A stretch of DNA of 30,100 bases from contig NZ_SODD01000032.1 in NCBI RefSeq assembly GCF_004365815.1, forward strand, positions 1-30,100, given 5' to 3'. The position numbers were made by a program, and so were the translations under genes. A model generated the notes under the pieces. The model was not told where the DNA came from and made no database searches. It was given only the letters and a program-made list of their open reading frames with translations. This DNA comes from Breznakia blatticola. GTDB lineage: Bacteria > Bacillota_I > Bacilli_A > Erysipelotrichales > Erysipelotrichaceae. This document shows positions 1 through 8,678 of the stretch, piece after piece; positions within the stretch are counted from its first letter, which is position 1; every line of letters starts with the position of its first letter.

Positions 1-159
1 TTTAGCCTTATATCAAGTTTCTGTTCGTAGGCTCGAAAGACTTGCTACACCACTTCCTTCACCCCGTCGTCACCGACTTCGGCTTGTGGTTCACTACGCT
101 TAGCGGTAACACCTGCGGTTGGACTTTCACCAACTAGATATGCACCATGCCTGGCACAC
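1..159 (-). mobile_element. Group II intron, 5' end (domain I portion), truncated by the window edge
   Basis: The minus strand from 159 reads GUGUGCCAGGCAUGGUGCAUAUCUAGUUGGUGAAAGUCCAACC...GAACAGAAACUUGAUAUAAGGCUAAA. It has the GUGYG 5' consensus, is GC-richer than the flanking DNA, looks structured and has no ORF. It starts 3 nt after the uppP terminator. Confidence 0.7.
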
Positions 160-162
160 CTA

Positions 163-196
163 AAAAGCATCTTACCCAAAAAGGCAAGATGCTTTT
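163..196 (-). terminator. Intrinsic terminator of uppP / the dcw operon
   Basis: 14-bp stem (AAAAGCAUCUUGCC / GGUAAGAUGCUUUU, one G.U pair) with a 6-nt loop, running into UUUUU. It begins 3 nt after the uppP stop codon. Confidence 0.85.
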
Positions 197-198
197 AC

Positions 199-1011
199 TT
201 ATATAAACATTAATAATAAAATGATGATTCCAAGAACGATGCGGTAGTATCCAAAGATTTTGAAATCGTGTTTGCGAATGTAGTTTAGTAAGAAACGAAT
301 CGCAAAGATACTTACGATAAACGATACAAGTGTTCCAATAAGTAACATGGCAATTTGTAATCCACTAAAGTTCAATCCAATTTTGATTAACTTTAATAAA
401 CTTGCCCCAGCCATCATTGGTACCGCTAGAAAGAATGAGAACTCACTAGCTACCGAACGTGAACAGCCTAAAATCGTAGCACCAATAATTGTTGATCCAG
501 AACGACTTGTTCCTGGAACTAAGGCAAGCATTTGGAAACATCCAATTCCAAATGCCGTTTTATAGTCAAGCTCTTCAAGCTTTGTATATTTTGGCAATCG
601 TTTGCGATTTTCAATAATGATAAAGATAATTCCATAGAAGATTAAGGCAATTGCAATAACAACAACTCCACTTAAGATATCCTCAATGATATCATCTAAG
701 AAGACTCCAGCAATTCCCCCAGGAATACAACCAATAATGATTTTTAGCCATAAGTCCCAAGTTGCCTTTTTTTGAACTTCATTTTTTCTTTTTGTAAGTG
801 GGTTCAAGCGATTAAAGTATAAAATACAAACCGCTAAAATCGAACCAAATTGAATGATGACTTTGAATAGTTCAAAGAACTTTGCATCACCAAATGGCAT
901 AATTTGTTCAAATAAGATAAGGTGCCCTGTACTACTGATTGGCAACCACTCTGTAATTCCTTGGATAATTCCAAGAATTATTGCCTTAATAATTTCAATT
1001 AGTATATTCAT
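199..1011 (-). CDS. uppP: Undecaprenyl-diphosphate phosphatase (BacA/UppP)
   Basis: 270-aa polytopic membrane protein with the motifs EWLPISSTGHL and PGTSRSGSTI. Its ATG overlaps the murD stop (ATGA). Confidence 0.95.
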   Translation of the reverse strand: MNILIEIIKAIILGIIQGITEWLPISSTGHLILFEQIMPFGDAKFFELFKVIIQFGSILAVCILYFNRLNPLTKRKNEVQKKATWDLWLKIIIGCIPGGIAGVFLDDIIEDILSGVVVIAIALIFYGIIFIIIENRKRLPKYTKLEELDYKTAFGIGCFQMLALVPGTSRSGSTIIGATILGCSRSVASEFSFFLAVPMMAGASLLKLIKIGLNFSGLQIAMLLIGTLVSFIVSIFAIRFLLNYIRKHDFKIFGYYRIVLGIIILLLMFI

Positions 1012-2321
1012 TTTCTTTCTCCTAACAACTCATGTACACATTCTTTGAATAGTTCTCCACGTTGTTCATATGACGTGAATTGATCATAGCTTGCACATGC
1101 AGGAGAAAGTAAGATCACATCTCCTGGTTTTGCAATTGCATATGCTTCATGCACTGCTTGTTGCATTGTCTCACATTCATGTGTATTTGTAAAAATATCT
1201 TTAAATGCATGTTTGGTTTGGCCAAAACTAAAACACATTTTTACTCGATCATCATAGGCTTTTAAAATATCAAATGATAACTTTTTATCATATCCTCCTG
1301 CTAGAAGGATAATGTTTTTATCAAATGCTTCCAATGCAGGAACAACTGCTTCAGGATTGGTTGCCTTTGAATCATTGAAGAAACGAATATCATTGATGCT
1401 TGTTACATACTCCAATCGGTGTTCTACACCTTTGAAACTTGCAAGTACATTTTGAATCGTAGTAGTATCTACACCCATCAAATATGCCATTGCACTTGCA
1501 ACCATTGCATTACTGATATTATGTTTACCAACAACTTGCAATGAATTTGTATCAAAAAGTTTTACATCGTGGTAATACACTTGATTTGCTTGCAAATAAA
1601 TGTCAGTTTCTTTATCTAAGGAATAATCTAGAACACGACAAGGTATGTTTTTTGCATATTCTACAACTTGTGCATCATCTAGATTTCTTAGAAAATACGC
1701 ATCAGGATCTGCATGTTCATAGATCTTCATTTTTGATTGATAATAGGATGCAACCCCATCCATATAATCTAAGTGATCTGGACTTAAATTGGTTACACAG
1801 CTCACTTTTGCTTTAAATGTATCCACACCGAGTAATTGAAAATTACTTAACTCTAGTGCAATATTTGCAGTTGCATTTTCATGTTGTAATACTACTTCAC
1901 TAAGTGGTATTCCAATATTTCCAGCAACAAAACTTGTACTATGTGCTTTTAATATTTCATATAACATCGTAACCGTTGTTGTTTTTCCATTGGTTCCTGT
2001 GATTGCTCCATACGTAAAATGCTTCGCAAAGCGATACCCAATTTCAATTTCTGTATAGATTGGAGTATTCTGCTTCACAAAATAAGCCACAAAATCCACA
2101 TGATATGGAATTCCCGGATTTTTCACAATGAAATCATAATCCATTTCTTTTAAGGACTCTGGATGCCCCTGATCAAATACTTGAATGCCAAGTGCTTCCA
2201 GTTCAACTTTTTCTTTGATTTGATTTTGATCAGTCAAAATGACTTCATATTGATGTTGTTTCAGTAGTTTACTTACTGCAATTCCACTACGAGCTGCACC
2301 AATCACAAGTACCTTATTCAT
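1008..2321 (-). CDS. murD: UDP-N-acetylmuramoyl-L-alanine--D-glutamate ligase
   Basis: 437 aa with an N-terminal GAARSGIA Rossmann motif and the Mur ligase P-loop GTNGKTTT. It sits directly after mraY. Confidence 0.95.
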   Translation of the reverse strand: MNKVLVIGAARSGIAVSKLLKQHQYEVILTDQNQIKEKVELEALGIQVFDQGHPESLKEMDYDFIVKNPGIPYHVDFVAYFVKQNTPIYTEIEIGYRFAKHFTYGAITGTNGKTTTVTMLYEILKAHSTSFVAGNIGIPLSEVVLQHENATANIALELSNFQLLGVDTFKAKVSCVTNLSPDHLDYMDGVASYYQSKMKIYEHADPDAYFLRNLDDAQVVEYAKNIPCRVLDYSLDKETDIYLQANQVYYHDVKLFDTNSLQVVGKHNISNAMVASAMAYLMGVDTTTIQNVLASFKGVEHRLEYVTSINDIRFFNDSKATNPEAVVPALEAFDKNIILLAGGYDKKLSFDILKAYDDRVKMCFSFGQTKHAFKDIFTNTHECETMQQAVHEAYAIAKPGDVILLSPACASYDQFTSYEQRGELFKECVHELLGERK

Positions 2322-3278
2322 CTATATCACTCCAATCACATATCCTAATATAGCTAATACTACAGAGATTCCATAGAACATCCAAACAACTTTCGTTTCT
2401 TTCATCCCCCCCATTTCAAAGTGATGATGTAATGGTGCCATTCGAAATACTCGTTTTCCTCTAGTTTTAAATGATAGAACTTGAATAGTTACTGACAGTG
2501 TCTCCATTAAGAATAACCCACCAATAATTACAAGTAATATTTCTTTACGTAATACAAGTGCAATTGCTGCTAGTAATCCACCAAGTGCTAGTGAGCCTGT
2601 ATCCCCCATAAAGATCTTAGCAGGATGAATATTAAAACGTAAATACCCAATCAAGGAACCGGCAACCGCTAAGATAAAGTAGAACAAGTTCATTTGATTA
2701 TCTTGATATGCGAACGCCGCAAATGGAATCAGTGCAATTAATACCGTACCAGCACATAATCCATCAAGACCATCGGTTAAGTTTACAGCATTGCTTTCTG
2801 CAGTAAACATTAAAAACACCAACAAGAAGAAGAAAAATCCAATATTGATATCCATATGTAAAATTGGAATCCAAAGTGTATTATCTCCATAACTTTTGTA
2901 GATTAAATATAAACAAATAGCTAATGCAGCTTGTAATAAAAATTTAATTCTTGGAGGCAATCCATTATTGTTTTTTTGAACAACAATAATAAAATCATCA
3001 ATAAATCCAATAAGTCCATATCCCACATAGGCAACAAGAACGGTAATCATTTTTACATCTTGCAAGATCGAAGGATTTATTGCAATTGCAAGGATGACAG
3101 GAACTACGATAAAAATGAGTCCACCCATCGTTGGTGTTCCAGTTTTTATTTTATGTGATTCAAGTCCCTCTTCACGTTCTGATTGTGAGAATTTGATTTT
3201 ATGTAGTACCGGAATAAGTACAGGCATAATCAACAATACCGCGATCAAACTTACCCCAAAATATAAGATTGCTTCCAT
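2322..3278 (-). CDS. mraY: Phospho-N-acetylmuramoyl-pentapeptide transferase
   Basis: 318-aa membrane protein with NAVNLTDGLDGL, MGDTGSLALGG and PLHHHFE motifs. Confidence 0.95.
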   Translation of the reverse strand: MEAILYFGVSLIAVLLIMPVLIPVLHKIKFSQSEREEGLESHKIKTGTPTMGGLIFIVVPVILAIAINPSILQDVKMITVLVAYVGYGLIGFIDDFIIVVQKNNNGLPPRIKFLLQAALAICLYLIYKSYGDNTLWIPILHMDINIGFFFFLLVFLMFTAESNAVNLTDGLDGLCAGTVLIALIPFAAFAYQDNQMNLFYFILAVAGSLIGYLRFNIHPAKIFMGDTGSLALGGLLAAIALVLRKEILLVIIGGLFLMETLSVTIQVLSFKTRGKRVFRMAPLHHHFEMGGMKETKVVWMFYGISVVLAILGYVIGVI

Positions 3279-3288
3279 GTAAACTCCT

Positions 3289-5529
3289 TTATTTTAATTC
3301 AACTTCTAAATTTGCTCCTTTGACAATTGCGCTCCCTGGTGCAATGGACTGTCCACTCACATTTCCAGAATTTGTAAATGTGACATTAAGTCCTGTCATA
3401 TTGGCAAATACACTTACATCACGCCGTGACCAGCCATTCATATCTGGCATCGTGATATTTGCACCATCAGTTAATAGGAAGGTATTTTGTGCATTTGAGA
3501 CTTTCTCACCTTCAAGTGGGAATTGCTCAATAACTGTCGTACCATCACCGATGACTTGCTTTTTAATTTTAAATCCATCTAGTTTACGATTCACATAGTC
3601 TAGTGAATGATTTACTAAGCTTGGCATAGTATATTCTACATAGTTATCTGTAACTTGTACATTATTCTCTGTAGTTTGATTACTTGATTCTGTATATTTG
3701 TTTAAAGATTGTAGTGATTCACGCACAATATCTTTAAAGAAATCTGTACTATAGAAACGGAAGTTCTCACTTTGGAATCCATAGTAAATGAGAATTTGTG
3801 GATCATCTGCTGGTGCAGCAGCAATAACTCCGGATGTATAGTACGAAGGTGAATATCCTTTAATTTCTGGATCATACATTTGCCCTGTACCTGTTTTGGC
3901 GATGATTTTCACATCACTCATTTTATATTGTGAAGCTGTCCCACGTTCATCTTCAACAACTTGTTGCATCAAATGTTGCATTTGTTTCGCTGTTGCTTCA
4001 GAAATTACACGTTCACCTTTTTTCGTTTCCGCTTGATATGTTGCTTCTCCTGTTGTAGAATCGGTGATTTTTTCCACAATGTATGGTTCCACAATTGTAC
4101 CATCTCCTACGATTGCACTTGTCGCACGTAATAATTGATATGTATTCACTGTGCTTGCTTGTCCAAATCCAAGTGACATAATATCGAATGGATGATTTTC
4201 ATTTAAGGTACCATCCACTTCATTTAACCCATAAATATTCAACGGCTCAAAAAGTTTAAATTTTTTCATGTACTCAATCATTGTTGTTGGACTAATGTAA
4301 TTTGTAATTAATGAAGCAATCCCAGTATTTAGTGAATAGATAAATCCTTGATCGAATGTCACAATCCCATTATCTTTTCCTAAGGCATCACTTACTGTAC
4401 CAATTACTTGTGCACCTGTCAGTGAATCATTACGTACAGGAAGTCCATTTTCATTTTGTCCAATAATAGCAGTTCCAGATTTAAAAGTATCAGAACCTAC
4501 ATATTTTCCTTCATTCATCGCAGCAGCGTAAACAAAGGTTTTCATTACAGAACCTACCTCAAAAGGAAATTCACTAGGAACATTTAAACTGTTTGTAATG
4601 TTTTCTCTAGTATTTAAATCAAATGTTGGATACCCTGCTTGTGCAATAATACGTCCGGTTTTGATATCCATTACAATACACCAAGCATATTTTGCTTTAT
4701 TACTTTCCATTGTATCCGCAAGTGCTTTTTCCGTTGCAAGTTGTGTATCATAATCGATCGTTAACCATACATCATTTCCATTTTCTGCTAGACGTACATA
4801 TTTTTGTGTATCTGGCAAACGGTTATTTTCACTATCTGTTTGATAACTTACTTGCCCATTTTTACCAGTTAATTCTTTATTGAAATATGCTTCTAACCCA
4901 CTTACACCATATAAGTTACGATCATCATCATAATTTGTATATCCGACAAGTTGACTTGCAAAGTGTCCTGTTGGATATGCACGTGCAACACTCTTTTCAA
5001 AATCTAAACCTGGAAGTTCTAATTCCTCAATTCGCTTTTTTTGATCGGCGGTTAGATTTCGTGAATAACTACCTAAGTTGGTTTGATACTGTCCAGCTGC
5101 TTGTGCTTCTGTTATTTTGTTGAGAATATCCTGATATGCTTTTTCTTGCGTTTCTGGATCAGCAGAAATAACTTCAGCCAGTTTTCTAGCTGTATCATCT
5201 GCATCAACAACATATACTAGTTTCTTTGTTGCATTTATACGACTTTTATCCACATACGCAATAACATCATAACTTTCGACATCCTGCGCAATGATTTCTC
5301 CTTTGAAGTCTCGAATGTATCCACGATTTGCCACAATCGTTTCCGTAGAACTACCACTTCCCGATTTATGAGCCAATACATTTTCACCACTTCGTAAATG
5401 CACACCTGTAATCATAGTAAAAAGGACATTTGCGACAACAAGTGACACGATAATGCCCATAACTATCCCGATTCGACCTGTAGTTTTTACAGACTTTTTA
5501 AAATTCAGTACCTTCCTTTTTGCTTTCAT
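3289..5529 (-). CDS. pbpB: Class B penicillin-binding protein (PBP2B/FtsI type) with two C-terminal PASTA domains
   Basis: 746 aa with an N-terminal membrane anchor. The transpeptidase triad is SVMK, SLN and KTG. Two PASTA-like modules occupy the last ~130 aa. The position after ftsL fits the dcw cluster. Confidence 0.9.
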   Translation of the reverse strand: MKAKRKVLNFKKSVKTTGRIGIVMGIIVSLVVANVLFTMITGVHLRSGENVLAHKSGSGSSTETIVANRGYIRDFKGEIIAQDVESYDVIAYVDKSRINATKKLVYVVDADDTARKLAEVISADPETQEKAYQDILNKITEAQAAGQYQTNLGSYSRNLTADQKKRIEELELPGLDFEKSVARAYPTGHFASQLVGYTNYDDDRNLYGVSGLEAYFNKELTGKNGQVSYQTDSENNRLPDTQKYVRLAENGNDVWLTIDYDTQLATEKALADTMESNKAKYAWCIVMDIKTGRIIAQAGYPTFDLNTRENITNSLNVPSEFPFEVGSVMKTFVYAAAMNEGKYVGSDTFKSGTAIIGQNENGLPVRNDSLTGAQVIGTVSDALGKDNGIVTFDQGFIYSLNTGIASLITNYISPTTMIEYMKKFKLFEPLNIYGLNEVDGTLNENHPFDIMSLGFGQASTVNTYQLLRATSAIVGDGTIVEPYIVEKITDSTTGEATYQAETKKGERVISEATAKQMQHLMQQVVEDERGTASQYKMSDVKIIAKTGTGQMYDPEIKGYSPSYYTSGVIAAAPADDPQILIYYGFQSENFRFYSTDFFKDIVRESLQSLNKYTESSNQTTENNVQVTDNYVEYTMPSLVNHSLDYVNRKLDGFKIKKQVIGDGTTVIEQFPLEGEKVSNAQNTFLLTDGANITMPDMNGWSRRDVSVFANMTGLNVTFTNSGNVSGQSIAPGSAIVKGANLEVELK

Positions 5530-5543
5530 GTATATCCTTTAAT

Positions 5544-5846
5544 CTATTCGTTTTCGCCAGTCACAACTGAAACAATTTGACTTTCGTTTTGACGCAATTC
5601 GTGTTTTTCCGCAATTTCGATAATACGATCACGGTTGGCAAGTTTTTTAACTTCTAACTCCAAGTTTAACACATCATTTTTCGTTTTTCCGATTTCATGT
5701 TCCAATTGTGTTTCTTGTGATGACAATACTACATTGTATGAGTGCAAAAGTGTTACAGATGCAAAATACATAAGTAATGATAATACGAACACAAGTGATA
5801 CAATTCCTTCTATACGAATTCTACGATTCTTTTTTACAATTTTCAT
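5544..5846 (-). CDS. ftsL: Cell division protein FtsL-like
   Basis: 100 aa: a basic N-terminus, one TM helix (IVSLVFVLSLLMYFASVTLL) and a coiled-coil tail. It lies between rsmH and the PBP gene and overlaps the rsmH end by 26 nt. Confidence 0.7.
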   Translation of the reverse strand: MKIVKKNRRIRIEGIVSLVFVLSLLMYFASVTLLHSYNVVLSSQETQLEHEIGKTKNDVLNLELEVKKLANRDRIIEIAEKHELRQNESQIVSVVTGENE

Positions 5847-6786
5847 GGTTTAACCTACCCTTCCCAAGAACTCTTAATTTCGCACTATGCGAACGATGAT
5901 TCTCATCCAACTCTTCCTCGTTGGCGACAATCGGTTTCCTCGTTATTAGCGTATATGGTTTTTGCTTTACCTCATCAGGCATCAACGGAATACGCTTATC
6001 TGTTTTTTCTGGTTTTGCATATTTTTGAAATATTTTTTTCACAATCCGATCTTCTAGTGAGTGGAATGTGATAACACACACACGTCCTTGGTCATTTAAG
6101 TGTTGAATTCCCGTTTCTAACACTTGTTCTAGGGCATGCAATTCATTGTTTACTTCAATACGTAATGCTTGGAACACCTTTTTCGCAGGGTGTCCTTTTT
6201 TATTAAGCACTTTACTAGGTAATGCGCTTTTGATCACATCAACAAGTTCAAATGTCGTTTCTATTGGTTTGTCCATTCGTGCTTGTTCGATCTTTCTTGC
6301 AATTTGTTTGGAAAATGGTTCTTCGCCATAGTCTCTAAAGATATGCATTAAATCATGAAACGAATAGGTATTCACAACTTCATATGCACTTAGACTTTGA
6401 CTTTGGTCCATTCGCATATCCAATCTTGCATCGTAGCGATAACTAAATCCTCTTTCACCATCATCAAACTGTGGTGAACTTACTCCAATATCAAGCAATA
6501 AGCCATCAATTGCTGGAATCTTATATTCTTCAATCACTTGTTCTAACTCTTCAAAGCCTTTATGGATAATCGTGAAGTTATCACCAATTTCTAATAAGCG
6601 CTTTGTTGATTCAGTAATTGCTGTTTCATCTTTATCAAAAGCATACAAGTGACCATTTGGAATGCGTTTTAGTATTTCACTACTATGTCCCGCACGTCCT
6701 AACGTTCCATCTATATAAATTCCATCTTCTTTAATATCAAGGTATTCAATCGATTCTCCTAAAAGTACAGAATAATGTTTCATCAC
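5821..6786 (-). CDS. rsmH: 16S rRNA (cytosine1402-N4)-methyltransferase
   Basis: 321 aa. It has the DGTLGRAGHS SAM-binding motif and family-typical LDIGVSSPQ and FHSLEDR motifs. It overlaps the mraZ stop. Confidence 0.95.
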   Translation of the reverse strand: MMKHYSVLLGESIEYLDIKEDGIYIDGTLGRAGHSSEILKRIPNGHLYAFDKDETAITESTKRLLEIGDNFTIIHKGFEELEQVIEEYKIPAIDGLLLDIGVSSPQFDDGERGFSYRYDARLDMRMDQSQSLSAYEVVNTYSFHDLMHIFRDYGEEPFSKQIARKIEQARMDKPIETTFELVDVIKSALPSKVLNKKGHPAKKVFQALRIEVNNELHALEQVLETGIQHLNDQGRVCVITFHSLEDRIVKKIFQKYAKPEKTDKRIPLMPDEVKQKPYTLITRKPIVANEEELDENHRSHSAKLRVLGKGRLNHENCKKES

Positions 6787-7238
6787 TGTAGAAACTCCGT
6801 TAAGCCTTCAGCAACTTCTTCAAAGTCATCACTGTGTTCATCCATGAATGCATCCCAACGTTCTTTGCTCCAGATTTCGATAAGATTTCCCACTCCTGCA
6901 ATCACACATTCCTTTTCAATTTTTGCTTCTGCCACAAGAACTGAAGGAATCAATATTCTTCCTTGACTGTCGATTTCACATTCACTTGCTTTCGCCAAAA
7001 TATTACGACGATATACACGTGCTTCTCTTTTTGTGTTTGGTAAACTAGCAAGTTGTTCCATCAATACTGCCCATTGCTGTTGTGTATAGATGTTTAAACA
7101 TCCATCCAAACCTTTGGCAACGACGATTTTACCGCTTAGTTCATCACGAAAACGTGCCGGAATGATAATACGACCTTTTTTATCTATATTGTGTGCATAT
7201 TCACCAATAAAATTGGCTTGTGCTAACACATTTGTCAT
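6783..7238 (-). CDS. mraZ: Transcriptional regulator MraZ
   Basis: Two SpoVT/AbrB-like halves (DKKGRIIIPARFR and DSQGRILIPSVL). I prefer the ATG at 7238 (MTNVLAQANFIGEY) over the GTG at 7250 used by the ORF track, because 7250 lies inside the repeat operator. Confidence 0.9.
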   Translation of the reverse strand: MTNVLAQANFIGEYAHNIDKKGRIIIPARFRDELSGKIVVAKGLDGCLNIYTQQQWAVLMEQLASLPNTKREARVYRRNILAKASECEIDSQGRILIPSVLVAEAKIEKECVIAGVGNLIEIWSKERWDAFMDEHSDDFEEVAEGLTEFLQ

Positions 7239-7247
7239 ATCATCACC

Positions 7248-7297
7248 CACTTTCCGCCATTTTCTTACACTTTTCGCTACTTTCTACCACCATTATA
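7248..7297 (-). promoter_or_regulatory. Putative Pmra -10 box followed by four 10-bp-phased direct repeats (MraZ-box-like operator)
   Basis: Minus strand: TATAAT (7297..7292), then GAAAGTA, AAAAGTG, GAAAATG and GAAAGTG starting every 10 bp (7284..7248). No good -35 element is visible. Confidence 0.5.
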
Positions 7298-7401
7298 GCG
7301 AATATGGAATAAAAATCATAGTCCAAAACATGAAAATGTGAAAAAAATTAAAAAATATATTATGTAATATAACTTTTGATTTTGCATGGTTTTATGCAAA
7401 C

Positions 7402-7440
7402 ACAAAAAAAGTAAGTAACAATTTTACTCATTACTTACTT
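7402..7440 (-). terminator. Intrinsic terminator after the membrane-protein gene
   Basis: 10-bp stem AAGUAAGUAA / UUACUUACUU with a 12-nt loop, followed by U7. Confidence 0.8.
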
Positions 7441-7468
7441 TTGTCATAATTATGTTTAAAATATCTAA

Positions 7469-8677
7469 TCAATCATTATGCGCGAATACCAGATTGTCAT
7501 CCGTGGCTAAAGTTTGAAATACAACAATTGCATTTTCACCTTTCTCAAGTTCTTCTTGCGGATACTGATCATAAGAAATCATTATATTGTAATATGGATA
7601 GACTCTCATATCGTCACTACTTCGTGTGTGCCAATCATAATTCAGTTGTACTCCAACAACCTTTTTTGCAAGTTCCTTTTCATCCATTGATTGAAGTTGT
7701 TTTATTAATGCTTCATAATCGAAACTGTCGCTATCAGAGAATAAAGAACCACCTGATGCAATTGAATCATCTAATATATTTGTTAAAGCTTTTTTTGGAC
7801 TAATTACTTGGACATTATTAACAAATGAGAATCGGTTTTGATTTGGCAATTCAAAACTCAATCTTTTCTTCCCATCGTCTTCTTTTAATTTATATTCTAA
7901 TTTATATTCTAATTTATATAAAGTCTTTTCTGCTTCATTTATATCTGTTGGACAAACATATTTTTTCTCATAAGAATCGTCATCATCGTAATTATCAATA
8001 TAACTTGAGAAATCGTATGTTTCATAGGTTTGTCCATTAAACTTCTTAAGTGAATTCGTTATATATTGCACCACTTCTTCATTATCCGAAATGTTGAAGT
8101 TCGAGATATCGTTTATATTCACAGAAATATATCCATGCGGTTCAAAACAAATTGTCATTCCATTTGCATATGCATACTCGTAAGTTGTCCGATGCTTTTC
8201 CTCACCACGAGTCGTTAAATTGCGTGTATCTTTATTTAAATCAAACGTACTTTCTATACTTGGTAAGTACTCTGCTTCAATCGTTTCTTGACTATCTAAA
8301 TCAGTTAACACTAAATTCTCAGTATTCCAATATTTGTCATGAAATGAAGGTAGTGTTTCATATGGAGTTATATCAGAAAACTCTATATTTTGTTGCAACA
8401 CATCTTTCTTTAATAAATACACACCATTTTTATCTTTACGAAAAGCTTGTGCTTTCTCTTTATTATGATGTTGATTTGCATTTGTTTGATTATCGTTGTT
8501 ATCCAATGCACTGAACGCAAACATTCCAGAAATCACAACACAAATGATACAAGCAAAAATCAACGCAGGTTTGAATTTTTCTATTTTCTTGTGATTTTGT
8601 ATTTGTTCTAATTGTTCATATAGCTTAGGACTAACTTTTTGTTTTTCGATATATTTTTTGTAATCATCTTGTTTCAT
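7469..8677 (-). CDS. Single-pass membrane protein, putative anti-sigma factor partner of the upstream ECF sigma
   Basis: 402 aa: a ~36-aa cytoplasmic N-terminus, a TM helix (PALIFACIICVVISGMFAFSAL), and a ~340-aa acidic external region in which I recognise no domain. The start codon lies 1 nt after the sigma stop, with an SD (GGAGGAA) inside the sigma gene. Confidence 0.6.
   Translation of the reverse strand: MKQDDYKKYIEKQKVSPKLYEQLEQIQNHKKIEKFKPALIFACIICVVISGMFAFSALDNNDNQTNANQHHNKEKAQAFRKDKNGVYLLKKDVLQQNIEFSDITPYETLPSFHDKYWNTENLVLTDLDSQETIEAEYLPSIESTFDLNKDTRNLTTRGEEKHRTTYEYAYANGMTICFEPHGYISVNINDISNFNISDNEEVVQYITNSLKKFNGQTYETYDFSSYIDNYDDDDSYEKKYVCPTDINEAEKTLYKLEYKLEYKLKEDDGKKRLSFELPNQNRFSFVNNVQVISPKKALTNILDDSIASGGSLFSDSDSFDYEALIKQLQSMDEKELAKKVVGVQLNYDWHTRSSDDMRVYPYYNIMISYDQYPQEELEKGENAIVVFQTLATDDNLVFAHND
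7887..7920 (-). repeat. 12-bp in-frame tandem repeat (2.8 copies)
   Basis: aatttatattct x2 plus aatttatata, encoding YKLEYKLEYKL within the membrane protein. Confidence 0.85.
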
Positions 8678-8678
8678 T

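Noticed and set aside
7239-7250. Longer N-terminal extensions used by the ORF track for mraZ (7250), sigma (9167), recG (17674), marR (22650) and the helicase (26283).
   Set aside because: The extensions start at GTG or TTG, or at ATGs with no SD. They add residues unlike the family N-termini and in two cases run through operator repeats. Internal ATGs with SDs or promoter context fit better. The recG and helicase starts remain uncertain.
7371-7391. The inverted repeat TTTGCAT-aaaacc-ATGCAAA upstream of the mraZ promoter as a terminator or operator.
   Set aside because: It is a short AU-rich stem with no U-tract and lies directly after a much better terminator. I cannot assign it a function from the sequence.
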